From Felis catus (lineage: Eukaryota): DNA of 64,000 nucleotides. Shown here in pieces: positions 13,201 through 26,500 of this stretch. The position numbers and the translations under genes were made by a program. Each line of letters starts with the position of its first letter. The stretch's first letter is position 1. The notes under the pieces were generated by a model. It saw only the letters and a program-made list of their open reading frames with translations, was not told the origin of the DNA and did no database searches. The stretch covers positions 8,494,001-8,558,000 of the forward strand of contig NC_058379.1 of the NCBI RefSeq assembly GCF_018350175.1. The letters run 5' to 3'.

Positions 13201-16200
13201 AACTCACCAAATTTATTGAGTTTACTGAGTTTTCCACTGGTGTTGAAAACAAAATTAAGAAGAGGTCAAGTCAAATAAATAGTCTGGCAGAGGAATGGAG
13301 ACCAGGTCAGTACAAAATTGACAATGAAAACTATGGTGTTAGAAACCCAAAATGGAAATCAGTGCAGATGCTTTCTGGGTACAGGGAAACCCTGTCTAAT
13401 ACAATACAAATCACACTGTTGGCAGAACATCTCAGAATGTGTCAGAAGAGTCTAAAAGAATAGGGCTTTCTAAACAGTAAGACATGGTTCAAAAAAAGAG
13501 AAAGTGAGTACCAAGAAAGAAAGCAAAGATCTAAAATTCAGAAAAACAAGAGAAAGAATGTGCAATGTTATAGAGGGCACATAAGATTTAAGATCAAAGT
13601 ACTACTGAAAATGAAGATACTGAAGAATGAATAAAGGAAGTAGGATTGAATGGGAGAAGGGGTTAAAATGTTTGTTTGTTTGTTTTTTTCTCCCAGCCTT
13701 AAGATAGAGAAAGGATGGGGACATGTCATTCTACAGAAATAGCAGCATTAAATCACTTTGTAAGAACTGACAGCGGGATGACAGAACACTGTCCAGAAGC
13801 ACATTTCCTCTTCCCTCTCAACAAAATATCCTGGAGAACTCAGCAGCAATAATACACTTGATCTTGAAAGGCCTAGAATGCAATATCCACCAAGCGTAGA
13901 GAAAATACAAGAGCAATCTGAGACCGAGGACTGAACTAAGACTTTGCCTGACTTGAAAACGTCCGAGGATCGCTAGCTGTTTCCTACTAAAATCTGAAAA
14001 TAATGGAAAGAAGTTTCGACTTACTCTCTCTAGGGGCGGGTCCTTTGAACTGACTTCTGATAGGCAACAGTGCCATGTTTCCAATGAGTTTGGTATCGGG
14101 GTCCATGAGAGAAGAGTGGTAAGCCTGTTGTGGCAAGCCAGGTAAGAATACGGAAACAGAAAGAGAGCAAATGTCAGCGGGGCAGACAAGCAACATTTCT
14201 CCAGAGGAAAAAAGAATAACCCACCCGAGACTAACTAGGGGAGGGGGAAAAAGGGATGGCAGCAGCAGTGGTCTGGAGCTGGCTCTTACTGGCTCATGAA
14301 AACGGGATGTTATACATTTTGAGGAATTTTGACAAATTTGGAAGTAAGCTGGTTGTTAAACACAGCCGTCACTAAAAATTAAATTATATAAATTTGCAAC
14401 TAAGTTATAGTAAAAACAAAGGTAATAAGTACTCAAAATTCATTACTTTCTATTTTTAAAAATTATTTCACTATGGTCTATGATCTTAAGGTTATTTATA
14501 ACTTTTCTATCTTTGCAGAATAAATACTATGTAATGGTGTGCTACTGGGCATCTTCCAAGTTCATGTTCAGTGACATCACATTTGTAACTGGTGGAAGTC
14601 TTTATGCTACAAAGATAGGCAAACACAAAAAAATCAGGGGTACGCCCCCCCTTCCCCAAGCTATTGTTAAACCAGAACCCAAGCACTGGCTTTTCAGTTC
14701 CGCCACTTCCTGGCTGTGTGTTTGACCAAGACATCGCCTTTCTTCTCTTAGCCTATTTCCAAATTTATAAAATGAAGAGTTATCTACTGCCTTCAGCGGG
14801 TAGGTGTGGGTTAAAGGAGCAGGGGAAACCACATTTATGAACGCAACTTGTATGCTGATTCCTAGTTCTGCTTTTTACAAAGACAGACGTCTTTCGGTAA
14901 CTCAAGAAGGGCCCCATTCATATATTCACTCATTCACCGAATGATAACCAAACACCTTCTATGTGCAAGGCATGGTGATAAAATGGTAAGAAGGCCCAGT
15001 ATGATCTCTTTCCTTGAAGAACTTTCAACCTAATGGGGGACAGGGAAGTCCAGGAACGAGCACAGGACTCTAAAGTCCTAGCTTAAAATCTAGCTTCACC
15101 ATTAGCACACAACCTTGGGTAAGTTACTTAACTTCTCTGAGCCTCAATTTCCTCCTCTGCAAAATGGGAACAATAGCGTATCTACTTCACAGGGTTACTG
15201 TGAGGATTAAATGGGATAATTTACATGCAGTGTGTAGCTCAGGGCCTGCCTGGCACACATCAGGAATCAAATGGTAGCTACGAGATTCATTAAATATGTA
15301 ACTGTGGCTTGCTCTTTTTTGTCACAGGTGTGCTTCATCTAAAGCAGCCTCCACCAGCTGTCTCGTTACCCATCGATTTCCTTCATCGCATTTGTCACTA
15401 TCTAAAACCATCTTCTCTATTTACACTTACATGTTTATCTGTCTCCCCATTAGACTGTGACCTCGAACGTAGGGGTTTGTTGGCCTTATTTACAGCCGTT
15501 AACAGTACTTGGCAAGCAGCAGATGCTCAGTAATTTTTTTGTGTGAGGAATCACGTTATTGAACCTCCTTTTCCTCACCCGCAAAATGGAGACCATGATG
15601 GCGATAAATTTGCCCCACAAGACTGGCTGTCAGCAATGAAGGACAACTAGCCTACTATCAATTTTACTCCTACCCCGAGGCACACGAAAATAGAAACATC
15701 TGGTAACCAGGCGCCGACCTAGCGTCTGCTCCGGCGGCCCTACAGCCAGCAGCAGCCAAGTGTGGCCACCACAGCCGGAGCGACAGAGGGGGAGTCCGGG
15801 AAGTGGGGTATGACAGTGACAAGCAGCGGGAGTGATCCGCCCCCGGGGGCTGAAGAGGAAGTGGGCCTGTGGGGGGGGGGGTGGAAAAAGAGAAACCAGA
15901 CCCTAGACTTGAGAATTGGGGGAGAAAAAAAGAAAAAAAAAAAAAAAAGCACAGCCCTTGGATTCTCGGCTCTAGTGAAGCTTTGGGGATCCTGCCGGAA
16001 TCCGGGGACACAGGAAGAACGAGAGAAGGGGTGGGCACTGGAGCGAAAGGGGCGAAAGGGGCCGGGGCAGCCTCCTCTACACGCTCGGGGTCTCTGGCCC
16101 ACTCTGCCGCGGCCCCGTCCCCGCTGGCCGACCCAATCCTACAGCGACAGGCCCCCTCTCCTCGCCTCTCCCCTTCTCAGGGCCCGCTTCCTCTCTGCCC

Positions 16201-16297
16201 TCCTCGGCCCGCTTCTCTCAGCTCACGCACGACTTCTCGCCGCTCTCCCCAGTTCTCGCCATCTCTCCACACCGCGACTTCGCCCCCTTACCGGCAT
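7198..16297 (-). CDS. ARPC3: Actin-related protein 2/3 complex subunit 3, 7 coding exons, 178 aa (exon 5 hidden in N-run)
   Basis: Exons 16297-16292, 14124-14025, 11121-11045, 9230-9162, [~127 nt in gap 8171-8380], 7832-7738, 7260-7198; GT-AG at all visible boundaries; translation [35 protein letters not shown].../[20 protein letters not shown] matches recalled ARPC3. Confidence 0.97.
7738..7832 (-). CDS. ARPC3: ARPC3 exon 6 (95 nt)
   Basis: tag|AGGTGATG...AGCAAG|gtaag; [32 protein letters not shown]. Confidence 0.97.
8171..8380 (-). CDS. ARPC3: ARPC3 exon 5 (expected ~127 nt) inferred to lie inside this N-run; exact limits unknown
   Basis: Not visible. Exon 4 ends in phase 0 and exon 6 starts in phase 1; the expected CNSKSQGEKEM...NKQED peptide is not seen elsewhere between 7833 and 9161, and the 210-nt gap can hold it. 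Confidence 0.75.
8425..8910. mobile_element. hAT-Charlie-type DNA transposon (MER119-like)
   Basis: Terminal ggaccccaggttaacaacctctg and AT-rich body resemble recalled consensus; family uncertain. Confidence 0.5.
9162..9230 (-). CDS. ARPC3: ARPC3 exon 4 (69 nt)
   Basis: cag|AATGAAGCT...CAAAAG|gtaa; [23 protein letters not shown]. Confidence 0.97.
9703..9924 (-). mobile_element. CanSINE with TSD
   Basis: Flanking repeat tgtgtcttgttctt. Confidence 0.92.
10642..10862. mobile_element. MER58A-like hAT-Charlie MITE
   Basis: gggttggcagact..ctgtaaagg.ccagata..aaatattttagg...ttctaataaaactttattt...gtagtttgctgac. Confidence 0.85.
11045..11121 (-). CDS. ARPC3: ARPC3 exon 3 (77 nt)
   Basis: tag|CAAAAGAT...ATTAAG|gtaa; [25 protein letters not shown]. 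Confidence 0.97.
11225..11685. mobile_element. Two CanSINEs tail-to-tail (11225-11398 +, 11505-11685 -)
   Basis: SINE heads, (CT)n and A tails in opposite orientation. Confidence 0.88.
12578..12783 (-). mobile_element. Older CanSINE
   Basis: gggctcaatcccatgacc..gatcacgacctgagctgaaatcaagag..ccaggtgcccc. Confidence 0.85.
14025..14124 (-). CDS. ARPC3: ARPC3 exon 2 (100 nt)
   Basis: cag|GCTTACCAC...AGAGAGA|gtaag; [33 protein letters not shown]. Confidence 0.97.
14266..14688. mobile_element. MER63-like hAT-Blackjack DNA transposon
   Basis: cagtggt.tggagctggctc..., ggttgttaaacacagcc, aaaaacaaaggtaataa, ttcagtgacatcac, terminal cactg. Confidence 0.75.
15060..15290 (+). mobile_element. MIR SINE
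   Basis: Core ccttgggtaagttacttaacttctctgagcctcaatttcctcctctgcaaaatggga. Confidence 0.88.
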
Positions 16298-16560
16298 CTT
16301 GGCGGCACCCGGTTTCAAGCTAGACCAGGAGGTTGGGGTTAGAGCGCTACGCTTCCGGTCCGGCGGCCCGGGCGGGGTAGGCGGAAGTGAGCCGGAAGGG
16401 GAGGGTGAGGGGAGGACGCGGCACTTCCGGTCTTGCCATCCCTCTGCTGAGGCGGCGGAGGCTCCGCAGGGAGGAAGGGACACCAGAGGGCACCCGAGCG
16501 CTAGGCAGGGGCTCCGAATGGCCGCGCATTGCGTAAAGTGTGCGCGAAATGGAGCTGGGT
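15700..16560 (-). promoter_or_regulatory. ARPC3: ARPC3 CpG-island promoter with clustered ETS/GABP-type sites
   Basis: High GC and CpG; CGGAAG cores at about 16352, 16382, 16392 and 16423 just upstream of the ATG; GC boxes. Confidence 0.85.
16292..16297 (-). CDS. ARPC3: ARPC3 coding exon 1 (MP)
   Basis: gccgccaagATGCCG|gtaagg on minus strand inside CpG island. Confidence 0.93.
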
Positions 16561-16650
16561 CTTGGGTTACAGAATCCTAAGGATCAATCCCCTAAAAACT
16601 TTGCTTTTCCTCAACGGTCTTTTCAGTGAAGCGTTCCCTAGATCACACCA

Positions 16651-16840
16651 TTTTAATTTTTTTAATGTTTATTTTTGAGAGAGAGCGCAAGCGGGGTAGG
16701 GGCGGGGGGGGGGTGTACAGAGGATCTGTATTGACCGTGCTGACAGCAGCGAACCCCATGGGGGGCTCGAACTCAGGAACCCCACGAGATCATGACCTGA
16801 GCCCAAGTCGGATGCTCAAGGGACCGAGCCCAAGGGTCAC
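16651..16840 (-). mobile_element. CanSINE at the upstream edge of the ARPC3 promoter
   Basis: tttttaatgtttatttttgagagag...gagatcatgacctgagc. Confidence 0.85.
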
Positions 16841-17154
16841 ACTATTTTAAGCTCGACCCCAATCCACTCCGCTGTGTCATCCTTATTTCTTTCAGCCACA
16901 GTTATGATTCTTTGGTTATTTACTTTTAGTATTTATTTCCCCATCCATGTGGACGTCAAAAAGGCAGGGATTTTGTCCATTTCGCACACCATTGTATCCT
17001 CTGCGCCTATAATAGTGATGTACATGGCAGGCATCAAGAAATATTTGTTGAGTGAATGAACCCAACTGGTCCTAACAGTGGGGAAAGGAGAGCACTCAGA
17101 GATGGGATTTATGCACTACCCCACTCCAATTTGTGTGTAAAAACTGCGAAAATG

Positions 17155-17345
17155 GACGCTGGGTTTGAATCCTAGCTCCAGCATTTACTAGCGCTGTCAT
17201 TTTGGGCAAGTTAATTAACCTCTCTGTGCCTCAGTTTCCTCACCCAAACTGGAGATAATATACTTACCTCATTGTTTTGTGAGGATGAAATGAATCACAT
17301 GTAAAGTGTGTAGAACTTAAATGCCTGGAACATACTAAAAGCTCA
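17155..17345 (+). mobile_element. MIR SINE
   Basis: ctgggtttgaatcctagctc..ttgggcaagttaattaacctctctgtgcctcagtttcctca. Confidence 0.88.
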
Positions 17346-18749
17346 GGATTTTTTCTTTTTTTTTTTTTGTACCTATTACTAGAAAGCACCTCATGTGTTA
17401 GTTTGCGAACTGGCCCTTGCATACAGGAGGCAAGAAGACTGAAAAGGAAGGCCAATCCAGATATATAGGTGGTGGTTCTCATTAAGCGAGGAAGCTTACT
17501 TGTAAGGGTTCTCTTTGGTGAGGCAAGAGTAGATGTCCCCACCTACGTGCCAGACTAAGTTTGTATAGAGGTCATAATTGGGTTCAGTCACATCCAGATG
17601 GGCTCAACACCTTATTCTCAAGACCATGTCCTTGGAACATCTCCCACAGCGAGGGGTGGGAGGGATGAGGAACCTCGGACTGCCTGAGTCCAGTTTAAGG
17701 GTCAACCAGTGGTCACATCCTCTTGATTATCTTCTCCAACATCACCTCAAGTGCCACCTTATTGCTGCCTCAGGCTATTTCTCCTGCCAGCCCCTCAGAC
17801 TGGAATACTCTGCCCCGTGTTCCCACAAATGATTTCTTACTCAGGTTTTTGGCCAAATAGCACCATTTAGGAGCCTTCATTGACGATGAGCCCAAAGTAG
17901 CCCCTTACTCACTCTCCACTTCATTACTGTTTTCATTTCTTCCCATTCCTTATCAAGGTTTCCTTGTTTATGGTCTCAAGGGCCCAGCATGTCAACTCCA
18001 TGAGACTAAGGCCTTGTCTGCTCTGAGTGCTCCCATTTTATCCCCAGTGCCTGGCACCCACCAGTAAATTTTTCCACAGAATCATGTCAGGATCTTCAGC
18101 AAGATAATGAAATCCTTGGGGACTGGAATGGACACAGTCATCTTTAAAACCCATGTCTCGAGGGGAAGGAAATTCAATTTGGCCCTTCACTTCTTGCCTG
18201 GAGGCACATACCAGACTCCAGGAGCGAAACCAGGGCAAAATAGTTCAAGGAGCAAGGAGGGCAAACGAAGTTGCCTTTCCTTTCTTCCATGGCAATAAAA
18301 TTTCTAAGAATTTGCAACATGGGGAGACCAGAGTGTTTTTACCCTTTCATACTCAGGGCCACAGGGAGAGTCCCCAAGCAGGACAGCACATTCCCCTGAT
18401 GCCCATTCATGTTCTCGCCTTATTGACCAACCCCCCCCCCCCATGACAATAGCTCACACCAGTGCACCATTATGCAAATACCTGACTTGTATTCATAGCC
18501 TAAGCCCCCAGACACAAGTTACCACTGAAAGCTACAGTTTCTCACAGTTTGCAAGTCTTTAGTTAAAATGGATCAAATGTGACACTACAGGTGTCTCTCC
18601 TGCTATCAAGGCCTAAGAGTGATTAAAATTTAACTGGAGTTGCGGGTTAAAGGGCTTAATTTGTATTGCTAGAAGATCCAGGACCAAATGACCAATGAAG
18701 CCTGGGCCCCTTACGAGGATATGAAAGTGAAAGAAACTATAAAATGTTT

Positions 18750-19637
18750 CTTTTTTACCTTTTTAAAAAAGACTTGAAAGAGAGCACACACATGCAAGAG
18801 AGAGCAGGGTAAGGGCAGAGGGAGAGAGGGAGAGACAGACTCCCAAGCCGGCTTTGTGCTGTCAGTGCAGAGCCCAACACAGGCTCCAACTCATGAACTA
18901 TGACATTGTGACCTGAGCCAAGATCAAGAGTTGGACGCTTGACTAACTGGGCCACCCAGGCACCCCAAGACTATGTAAGATATTTCTTAGCACAATGCCT
19001 GGTAGAACTCGGTGGGCTTTAGCAGGGCCTGGCCCATGGTAGATACTAGAAAAATATCTGTTGACTGACTAGCCATTCTCCATGCTTTCATACCCAACCC
19101 CACTGAACTTAAAAACACTGAAAAGAAACAATTCGACCAATGTGCACATTAGTTAAAAGAAAAAACTTTCCGTCTTTTGCATTTTTGTGTGCATGTTACT
19201 CCAGGAAAGTATACATTTTTAAATGCTCAGAGACTAAAAACTCCATTTTTGGGGTGCCTGGGTGGCTCAGTTGGTTAAGTGTCTGACTCTTGATTTCAGC
19301 TCAGGTCACGATCTTGCGGTTCATGAGTCTGAGCCCCGCATCAGGCTCTGCACTGACAGTGTGGAGCCTGCTTGGGATTCTTTCTCTCCCCTCTCTGTTC
19401 CTACCCTGCTTNNNNNNNNNNNNNNNNNNNNNNNNNNNNNNNNNNNNNNNNNNNNNNNNNNNNNNNNNNNNNNNNNNNNNNNNNNNNNNNNNNNNNNNNN
19501 NNNNNNNNNNNNNNNNNNNNNNNNNNNNNNNNNNNNNNNNNNNNNNNTTTAAAGAAATCACTGACTACGTTTTGATGACTGGGCAAATTTATTCATTTAA
19601 AAATTTGCCCTGGCTGAGTATTTCATTTTTTTTTTAT

Positions 19638-19672
<35 letters not shown>

Positions 19673-19855
19673 AGAGAGCGCACATGTGAGTTGGGGAGGG
19701 GTAGAGGGAGAGAGAATCTCAAGCAGGTTCCATGCTCAGCATGGAGCCTGATGCCTGACGTGGGGCTCAATCCCATGACCCTGGGTTCCTGACTTTTGTT
19801 TTGATCCTGATATCAGAAGTTGGACGCTCAACTGACTGAGGCACCCAGGTGCCCC
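18750..19855. mobile_element. Three CanSINEs (18750-18966 -, 19251-~19550 +, 19626-19855 -)
   Basis: SINE heads, (GA)n/(CT)n and tails. Confidence 0.88.
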
Positions 19856-19925
19856 TGGCTGAGTATTTCAAATTTTGACTGGAAAACAAGAGTGTAATGA
19901 AAGGTTAGTGCTATTTTCTATTCAT

Positions 19926-19931
19926 TTTATT
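19926..19931 (-). terminator. GPN3: Probable GPN3 polyadenylation signal AATAAA
   Basis: tttatt on + strand about 540 nt downstream of the stop, just before a SINE. Confidence 0.6.
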
Positions 19932-20466
19932 TATATACATACATATATATTTTAAAAGTTACTTTTCATTTTTTAATTACACAAATGATACATTTTCAAA
20001 GTAGGAAAACTCAGAGATATAGGTAAGCAATGGGTCTTAACTATATCCTTCTAGATTTTCCTTTGGACACACATACATATGTTTTACTACAATAATCCCT
20101 GCCTTTCCAAAAAAAAAAACCTTTCAAAAATAACAAAAACCCAACAGTAGAAATAAAGGTAGAATGGGTCCTAAATGTACCACAAGTGCTCATTCATACT
20201 ATATACAAGTCTATGTGCATTCATTTCAACTTCAACATTTAAAATCTAAATTGATGCTGTTAAAATGATACTAAAAGATTCCACCTGAAACATCAGCCAT
20301 TGAAGAATAACTAGAACTTGATTCAGGCATGCTGCTGCTAAAGAGCCAAGTATTACTTTTTTCATTAAAATAAGTAGCTTTCTAGTACTGCATCCTTTGA
20401 AGAGAACAATGTCTTGCTGGTTCAGCCACAGTGCTTCACATATATGGTTACTATTTTAAAAATTCT

Positions 20467-20529
20467 TCATTCATTCCGGTGTCCTTGAAAATATTCATCA
20501 AACATAGAAGAAGACTTGTCTTCATGTTC
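20467..20529 (-). CDS. GPN3: GPN3 exon 8 coding part with TGA stop
   Basis: cag|[20 protein letters not shown]. Confidence 0.95.
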   Translation of the reverse strand, partial: EHEDKSSSMFDEYFQGHRNE

Positions 20530-23500
20530 CTGACACAAAGAACAAAATAGAAAATATTCATTTCCCCTAAGGTAGACCTAGTATGTGCTTACATATTTTT
20601 CAGGTAATGCCCTACCAGGAGATAATGCCCAACTGCATTTTAGGTGTATTTTACAGTGACAAAAGGCATGAGTGATAGAATTTTTCCAGCTAAGTGGTAA
20701 ATCAAAGTGCCTGTATCTCATTGGAAGCACTTCTCACTTGAGTTTACACCTGCTGATTCTCAGCTACTTTGCTGAGATAGCGGCCTACGATGACTACCAC
20801 CAGGCTTCCCAGTGACATGTGAGGGCAGCCCAAGTTCAATTGGATTTCATCTCCTCTCTGCACATGCCCCCACGCCCTGAGAACAAAGAAACTTAATAAT
20901 ACTGTAGCCTCAATAACAGGGAGTAGAACTGATACTGCTTGTTGAGCAAAGATGTCAATTTCAGAGATCTCCCAGAAAAGCCCAGATTACCACTGCTGTA
21001 AGACAAAATTTAAGGAGTTGCTGGGAATATGTTAAGAGGCCACTGAGTGCTGGCAAACATTGATACCAAAAGCCAATAATCAAAATTACCTTTGGTTCTT
21101 TGAATTCTAAGTCTTCTCCATACTGAATGGCAAAATCAATATGCTGTAACACAATGTTCATGCTTTCTTCATCTGACTGATCATAAGGTAAAAATCGAAC
21201 CATGCTGTAGTCATCAATCTACAAGTTGGGAATTTCAGAAAGGGTCATTCTGAAGCTGTACAAGACTTAACTTTCAACTTACATTTTCGTTTATAACCAT
21301 TTATACTTCTGATTTAAAACATCTGCATGTGGAAGGAGGGGGAGGAGGGATAGACACAGAACAACAGCAAATCATCATTGATTTTTCTGGCCTCTGACCT
21401 CCCGGATACTCATTAACTTACTATTTAACTAGACACTTACTGTTTCATATGCATTTCTCTGAATTCAACAACCACCAGGAATTTAAAAAGGGCACAGACA
21501 GTTCCGACCTCCCCAGAAAGCTTAGAATAGTAGACACATCAGTTAACTTATCAGCTACTGCCAATAACTACTTCTAAATTAAACTCCTGAGGGGTGCCTG
21601 GGTGGCTCAGCTGGTTAAGTGTCTGACTCTTGATTTCGGCTCAGGTCATGATCCCTGTATCAGGCTATGTGCTGGGTGTGGGACCTGCTTAAGATTCTCT
21701 CTCTCCCTCTGCCCCTCCCCATGTGTGCATATACGTGTGCTCTCATAAATAAATAAGTAAGTAAGTAAGTAAGTAATTTAAGCAACAGACTGGCCACAGC
21801 CTGCCCCTACCTTCCTCCCTTTTGCAAGGAATAGGGTTGGACTCTGCTTCCTGTAATAGTGGCCACTGACTAGCTATGGGTAAACAGCTGACCAGGTTAT
21901 GGTCAGGTTATGGTCAGGTTTTTAAAAAAAAAAAAAAAACAACCCTGATGAGAGCCTGGGTGGCTCAGTGGGCTAAGCATCTGACTCTTGATTTAGGCTC
22001 AGGTCATAATGTCATTGGTTTGTGAGTTCAAGCCCTGCATCGGGATCTCTGCTGTGAGCACAGAGCCAGCTTCGGATCCTCTGTAGCCCCCTCTCTCTGT
22101 CCCTCCCCACTGGTTCTCTCTCTCCTCTCTCTCAAAATAAATAAACTTAAAAAAAAAACAAAACAAAACTTGAAAGCTTACCAGTCCACAAATAGCTTTA
22201 GTCAATTTTTTGAACTTTTTGCTTCTTAAGTCACTTGCAGAATCATCTAATAAAGAATACATGTCTGGATCTAGAAACCTTCGAAGGAGAGAAAAATGAT
22301 GAATAAAATGAAGAATAAATCAGGAACTAGTTTTGTAGACTGACAGAATTTCACATCTCTGCAATTAAAATCTGATGATAATGGAAGAAGTGAACTCACT
22401 TTTCAATTTCCTTTTTAGCTTTCTTGCTCAGCAGATCCATTTTTGTCATGATGTTAACTTGTGGAATTTCTAGAGAGATCATGGCACTCAGGGCTGCCAA
22501 GATGCCAGAGATGAACTGAAGGAGGAAACAGAAAAGGGAAGATAAATTAATTGTTGCCAATAAAATTTGCTTGTCTCTGCATAAAAGAGAGGCTTTTACT
22601 CCTCACTGGAACAAAACTGGCCTAAGTAAAAGAAATGCTAGTCCTAAAGAAAAGACAGTCCATTCATCAGATGGTTGACCCTTGGTTTCCAAAGGTGAGA
22701 ATAAAGAAGGAAGAGGTAGATTTAATTTACAGTGATTGTAAATTACAATTGTAAATTACCAAGCCCGGCTGGCTTGGTCATCTGAGCACACAACTCTTGA
22801 TCTTGGGGCTGTAAGTTCAAGCCCCACATGGGTGTAGGAATTACTTAAATATAAAATCTTAAAAAAAAATTTACAGTGATCACAAACCTCAATCTAGATG
22901 TTTAACTTCTTTTCATCGAATATTCCTTAAGAGCGATTAATGGGAAATACAGTTCATAAGCTAGACCAAAGGCCCTCAGAGAATCAAAAATAGACTTATA
23001 AACTATACACTTGCTTTATTTTTCTTGGTAAGTAGTTCCCCCAAATCTATATGATATCATATTTTGACTTAAAAATACATCATTATAATAACTGAATAAG
23101 GGATACTAAATTCTGGAATATCGTTTTGAAATGTCCAGAATCACACAGTGATTAAAGAAGACTGTCACCTGCATATACCCACGACTAAAAAATCGGTATG
23201 ATTGATCTAAACCTTGAATGACTCCACCATGAACTGAGAGTCAACGAGAAAAACTCCACAGACTCGGAACTCCCACTGTTCCAGTTGCTGGACTAGTTGT
23301 TTCATCACAGGCAGGTGCGTATACAGCTCAATCTGACCTACATGAAGAATAATAACAAGACTATTATAAACAGGAAATATGTGAACTCATTAAATTACGT
23401 GAAAAAAAATTTTCTAAAAATGGTTAATAAAGGGAATCAAAAGCAAGTGCTACAAAGGTGTGTGTTGTTTGGGAATATTCATCAAGCTGTATGCTTGGGA

Positions 23501-26500
23501 TATATGCACTTTTCTGTAGGTTCAATTAAAAGCAAGGGAAAATAATGTGAGGGCACAAATGATCACATCTAGGTTAGACTCAAGTCTAAAATTCACAATT
23601 TTGAGGCAGCTTGGTGGCTCAGTCAAACACCTGACTCTTCATTTTGGCTTGGGTCATGATCTAATGGTTCGTGAGATTTAGCCCCATGTCGGGAGCCTGC
23701 TTGGGATTCTCTCTCTGCCTCTCTCCTGCATGTGCTTGCTCTCTCTCTCTCTCTCTCAAAATAAATAAATAAATATTAAAAAAAAATAGGGGCGCCTGGA
23801 TGGCTCAGTTGGTTAAGCATCCAACTTTGGCTCAGGTTGTGATCTCACGGTTTGTGGGTTTGAGCCCCACATTGAGCTCTCTGCTGTCAGCACAGAGCCC
23901 GCTTTGGATCCTCTGTCCCCCCCACCTCCTGCCCCTCCCCAGCTCGTTCTCTCTTTTTCTCTCTTTCAAAATAAATAAATAAGCATTAAAAGATAAATAA
24001 AATTCACAATTTGGCTTAAGAAGTTGTGCGTGATTATGTGTCCCCCACCAGCCTCACCTCATGACATTTCCCTGGGTTTTCAGTACTCCAGCCACACTGG
24101 CCTTCTCAGTGCCCCAAACCCATCTCACTTTTTCCTGTCTCAAGGCTTTTGGCATGCTGTGCCCTCTGCCTGGACCATGGTTTCCCTCACCTTCACCTCA
24201 CAGCCCAGCTTACGGGCCACTTGATCAGAAGACTCCTAATCTTGCTATGTGGGGGTCTGTACTACTCCTGTGGAGAACCTACCAAAAATGAATATTAAAT
24301 AATAATTTGGGTGATTTTGTTCATTCTGTTTAGCACTTCCACTTGACTGAGGGCTCCGTGAGAGCAAAGGCCATGGCTTCCTGGCTCTGTATGGTATTCC
24401 CAGCATACAAAGTAAACCCTCAGTAGACTCATGAATGAATAAGAGCTTTGTACTTCACTGCAATATGGTTTAGAGCTACAAAGGCTCAGTCCACTTTTTC
24501 TCACTGAGGATAGAGCCAGCACAACTTCAAGGAAAAGGTCATGTTCAAATTGTAGACTTACCTGGACAGTCAAAAAGGATATAGTCATCCTCTACGTGGC
24601 CAAGACAGTTCTCTAGCCAGTCAAAATTATTGGCAAAGTATTCCATGCAAAACACCAATCCTCCATTGGGACCAAACCGCAGACAGTCATCCTCCATGAC
24701 ATCATCCACCTCGATCAGCTCTCGAATGTCTGCAAAAGATAGACAGGGCCCAGAATATAAGAACATCCATTCAAAAACTGCTATCCTCACTAGTGAGAGT
24801 TAATAATTATATAAAAAAGTCACATATATGAAATTATTCCTGTACATGATTATTCACTTCTGATCAAGTAGCAGTATTTGTGGGAACTAATTAAATAAAT
24901 TACTATATAGCCAGATACTGGAATCCTATGTAGCCATAAAAAGAAGAAGTTCTTTTAAGTATGCATGTGATAGTCTTCCAGGTCTACTTTTTTATTTTCA
25001 TTTTTTAACGTTTATTTTAGAGAGAGAGAGAGAGAGAGAGAGCGCGCGCGAGGATGGACACAGAGACAGAGAGACAGATCGAGAGGGAGACACAGAATCT
25101 GAAGCAGGCTCTAGGCTCCCAGCTGTCAGCACAGAGCCCGACGTGGGGCTCCAACCTGCAGACCACGAGATCATGACCGAAGCTGAAGTTGGACGTTTAA
25201 CCGAATGAGCCATCTAGGCGGCCCTCCCAGGTATACTTTCAAGTGAAAAGTTTAAGGTACAGAATTCTGTGTAAAAATGCCATCATATGTGTCAACAACA
25301 ACAACAACAACAAAAAGACAAAGATTCACTATATACATAATAATACACATACGCGATTTTATATGCACAGACTCTATACGGAAAAACATCCTAGAAACTG
25401 ACAACACTGGATGCCTCCAGGTAGGGGAGCTGCTTAATGAGACACAGAGCTGGGAGGGAGACGTTTTCTTGTATACTTACTCTTTGTACCTTTTGCATTT
25501 TGAACCATGTGAATATATACTACTTATTCTAAAACAAGTACAACAAAACCAAACCAAGAAAACCAACTGCTATTTCTTAACATCATGACCTCAGGGAAGC
25601 TATGTAACCTCTCTGCATCTCACTTTCTTTATTTATAAAATGGTGGACAAATCATATATGCTGGGGTAGGATGAAGACTCCATGGGATAATGTAGCTAAA
25701 TCACCTATAGCAGGAGCTTAAAAATTCTGGTATATGTATAGTTCTTCTCTACTACTAATTTTGGAAATTTATTCCTTATAACTTTCTACCACAGGTTTTT
25801 TATGTTTGTGCTCAAACCTACAATCTCTAGGGGCACCTGGGTGGCTAAGTAGGTTAGGCGTCCATCTTCAGACTAGGTCATGATCCTGAGTTCGAGCCCT
25901 GTGTCAGGTTCTGTGCTGACAGCTCAGAGCCTGGAGCCTGTTTTGGATTCTGTGTCTCTCTCTCTGCCCCTCCCCTGCTCATGTTCTGTCTCTCTCTCCC
26001 CAAAATAAATAAACATTAAAAAACAAAACAAAACAAAACTATAATCTCTGTTCACAGAGAAATGCCTCACTCATAGCCATGTTTATATGGGTAATATCTT
26101 CCTATGCATTTCCTCTCCCTATCCAGGGGATAAACATCTGACCCAAGTTGAGACAATAAAATAGGTCTTCTAAAAGGATGACTCAAGGGGTGCCCGGGTG
26201 GCTCAGTCAGTTAAGCATTCGACTTTGGCTCAGGTCATGATCTCGTAGTTCATGGGTTGCTCTCTGTGCTGACAGCTCAGAGCTTACNNNNNNNNNNNNN
26301 NNNNNNNNNNNNNNNNNNNNNNNNNNNNNNNNNNNNNNNNNNNNNNNNNNNNNNNNNNNNNNNNNNNNNNNNNNNNNNNNNNNNNNNNNNNNNNNNNNNN
26401 NNNNNNNNNNNNNNNNNNNNNNNNNNNNNNNACACCTGGACCAGAAAGGGATGTGAACCTGAAGTTGGAGGCACTTTGCTGGGCCACCTGAAGCGGAGAA

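Noticed and set aside
15762-16580. 272-aa + strand ORF antisense to ARPC3 exon 1
   Set aside because: Low-complexity G/P/R/A composition, runs through poly-G and poly-A tracts, and sits in a stop-poor CpG island; no recognisable domain.
18472-18479. Octamer ATGCAAAT with a nearby ACAAT
   Set aside because: A single 8-mer is expected by chance in 64 kb, and the spacing does not match the SOX-OCT composite.
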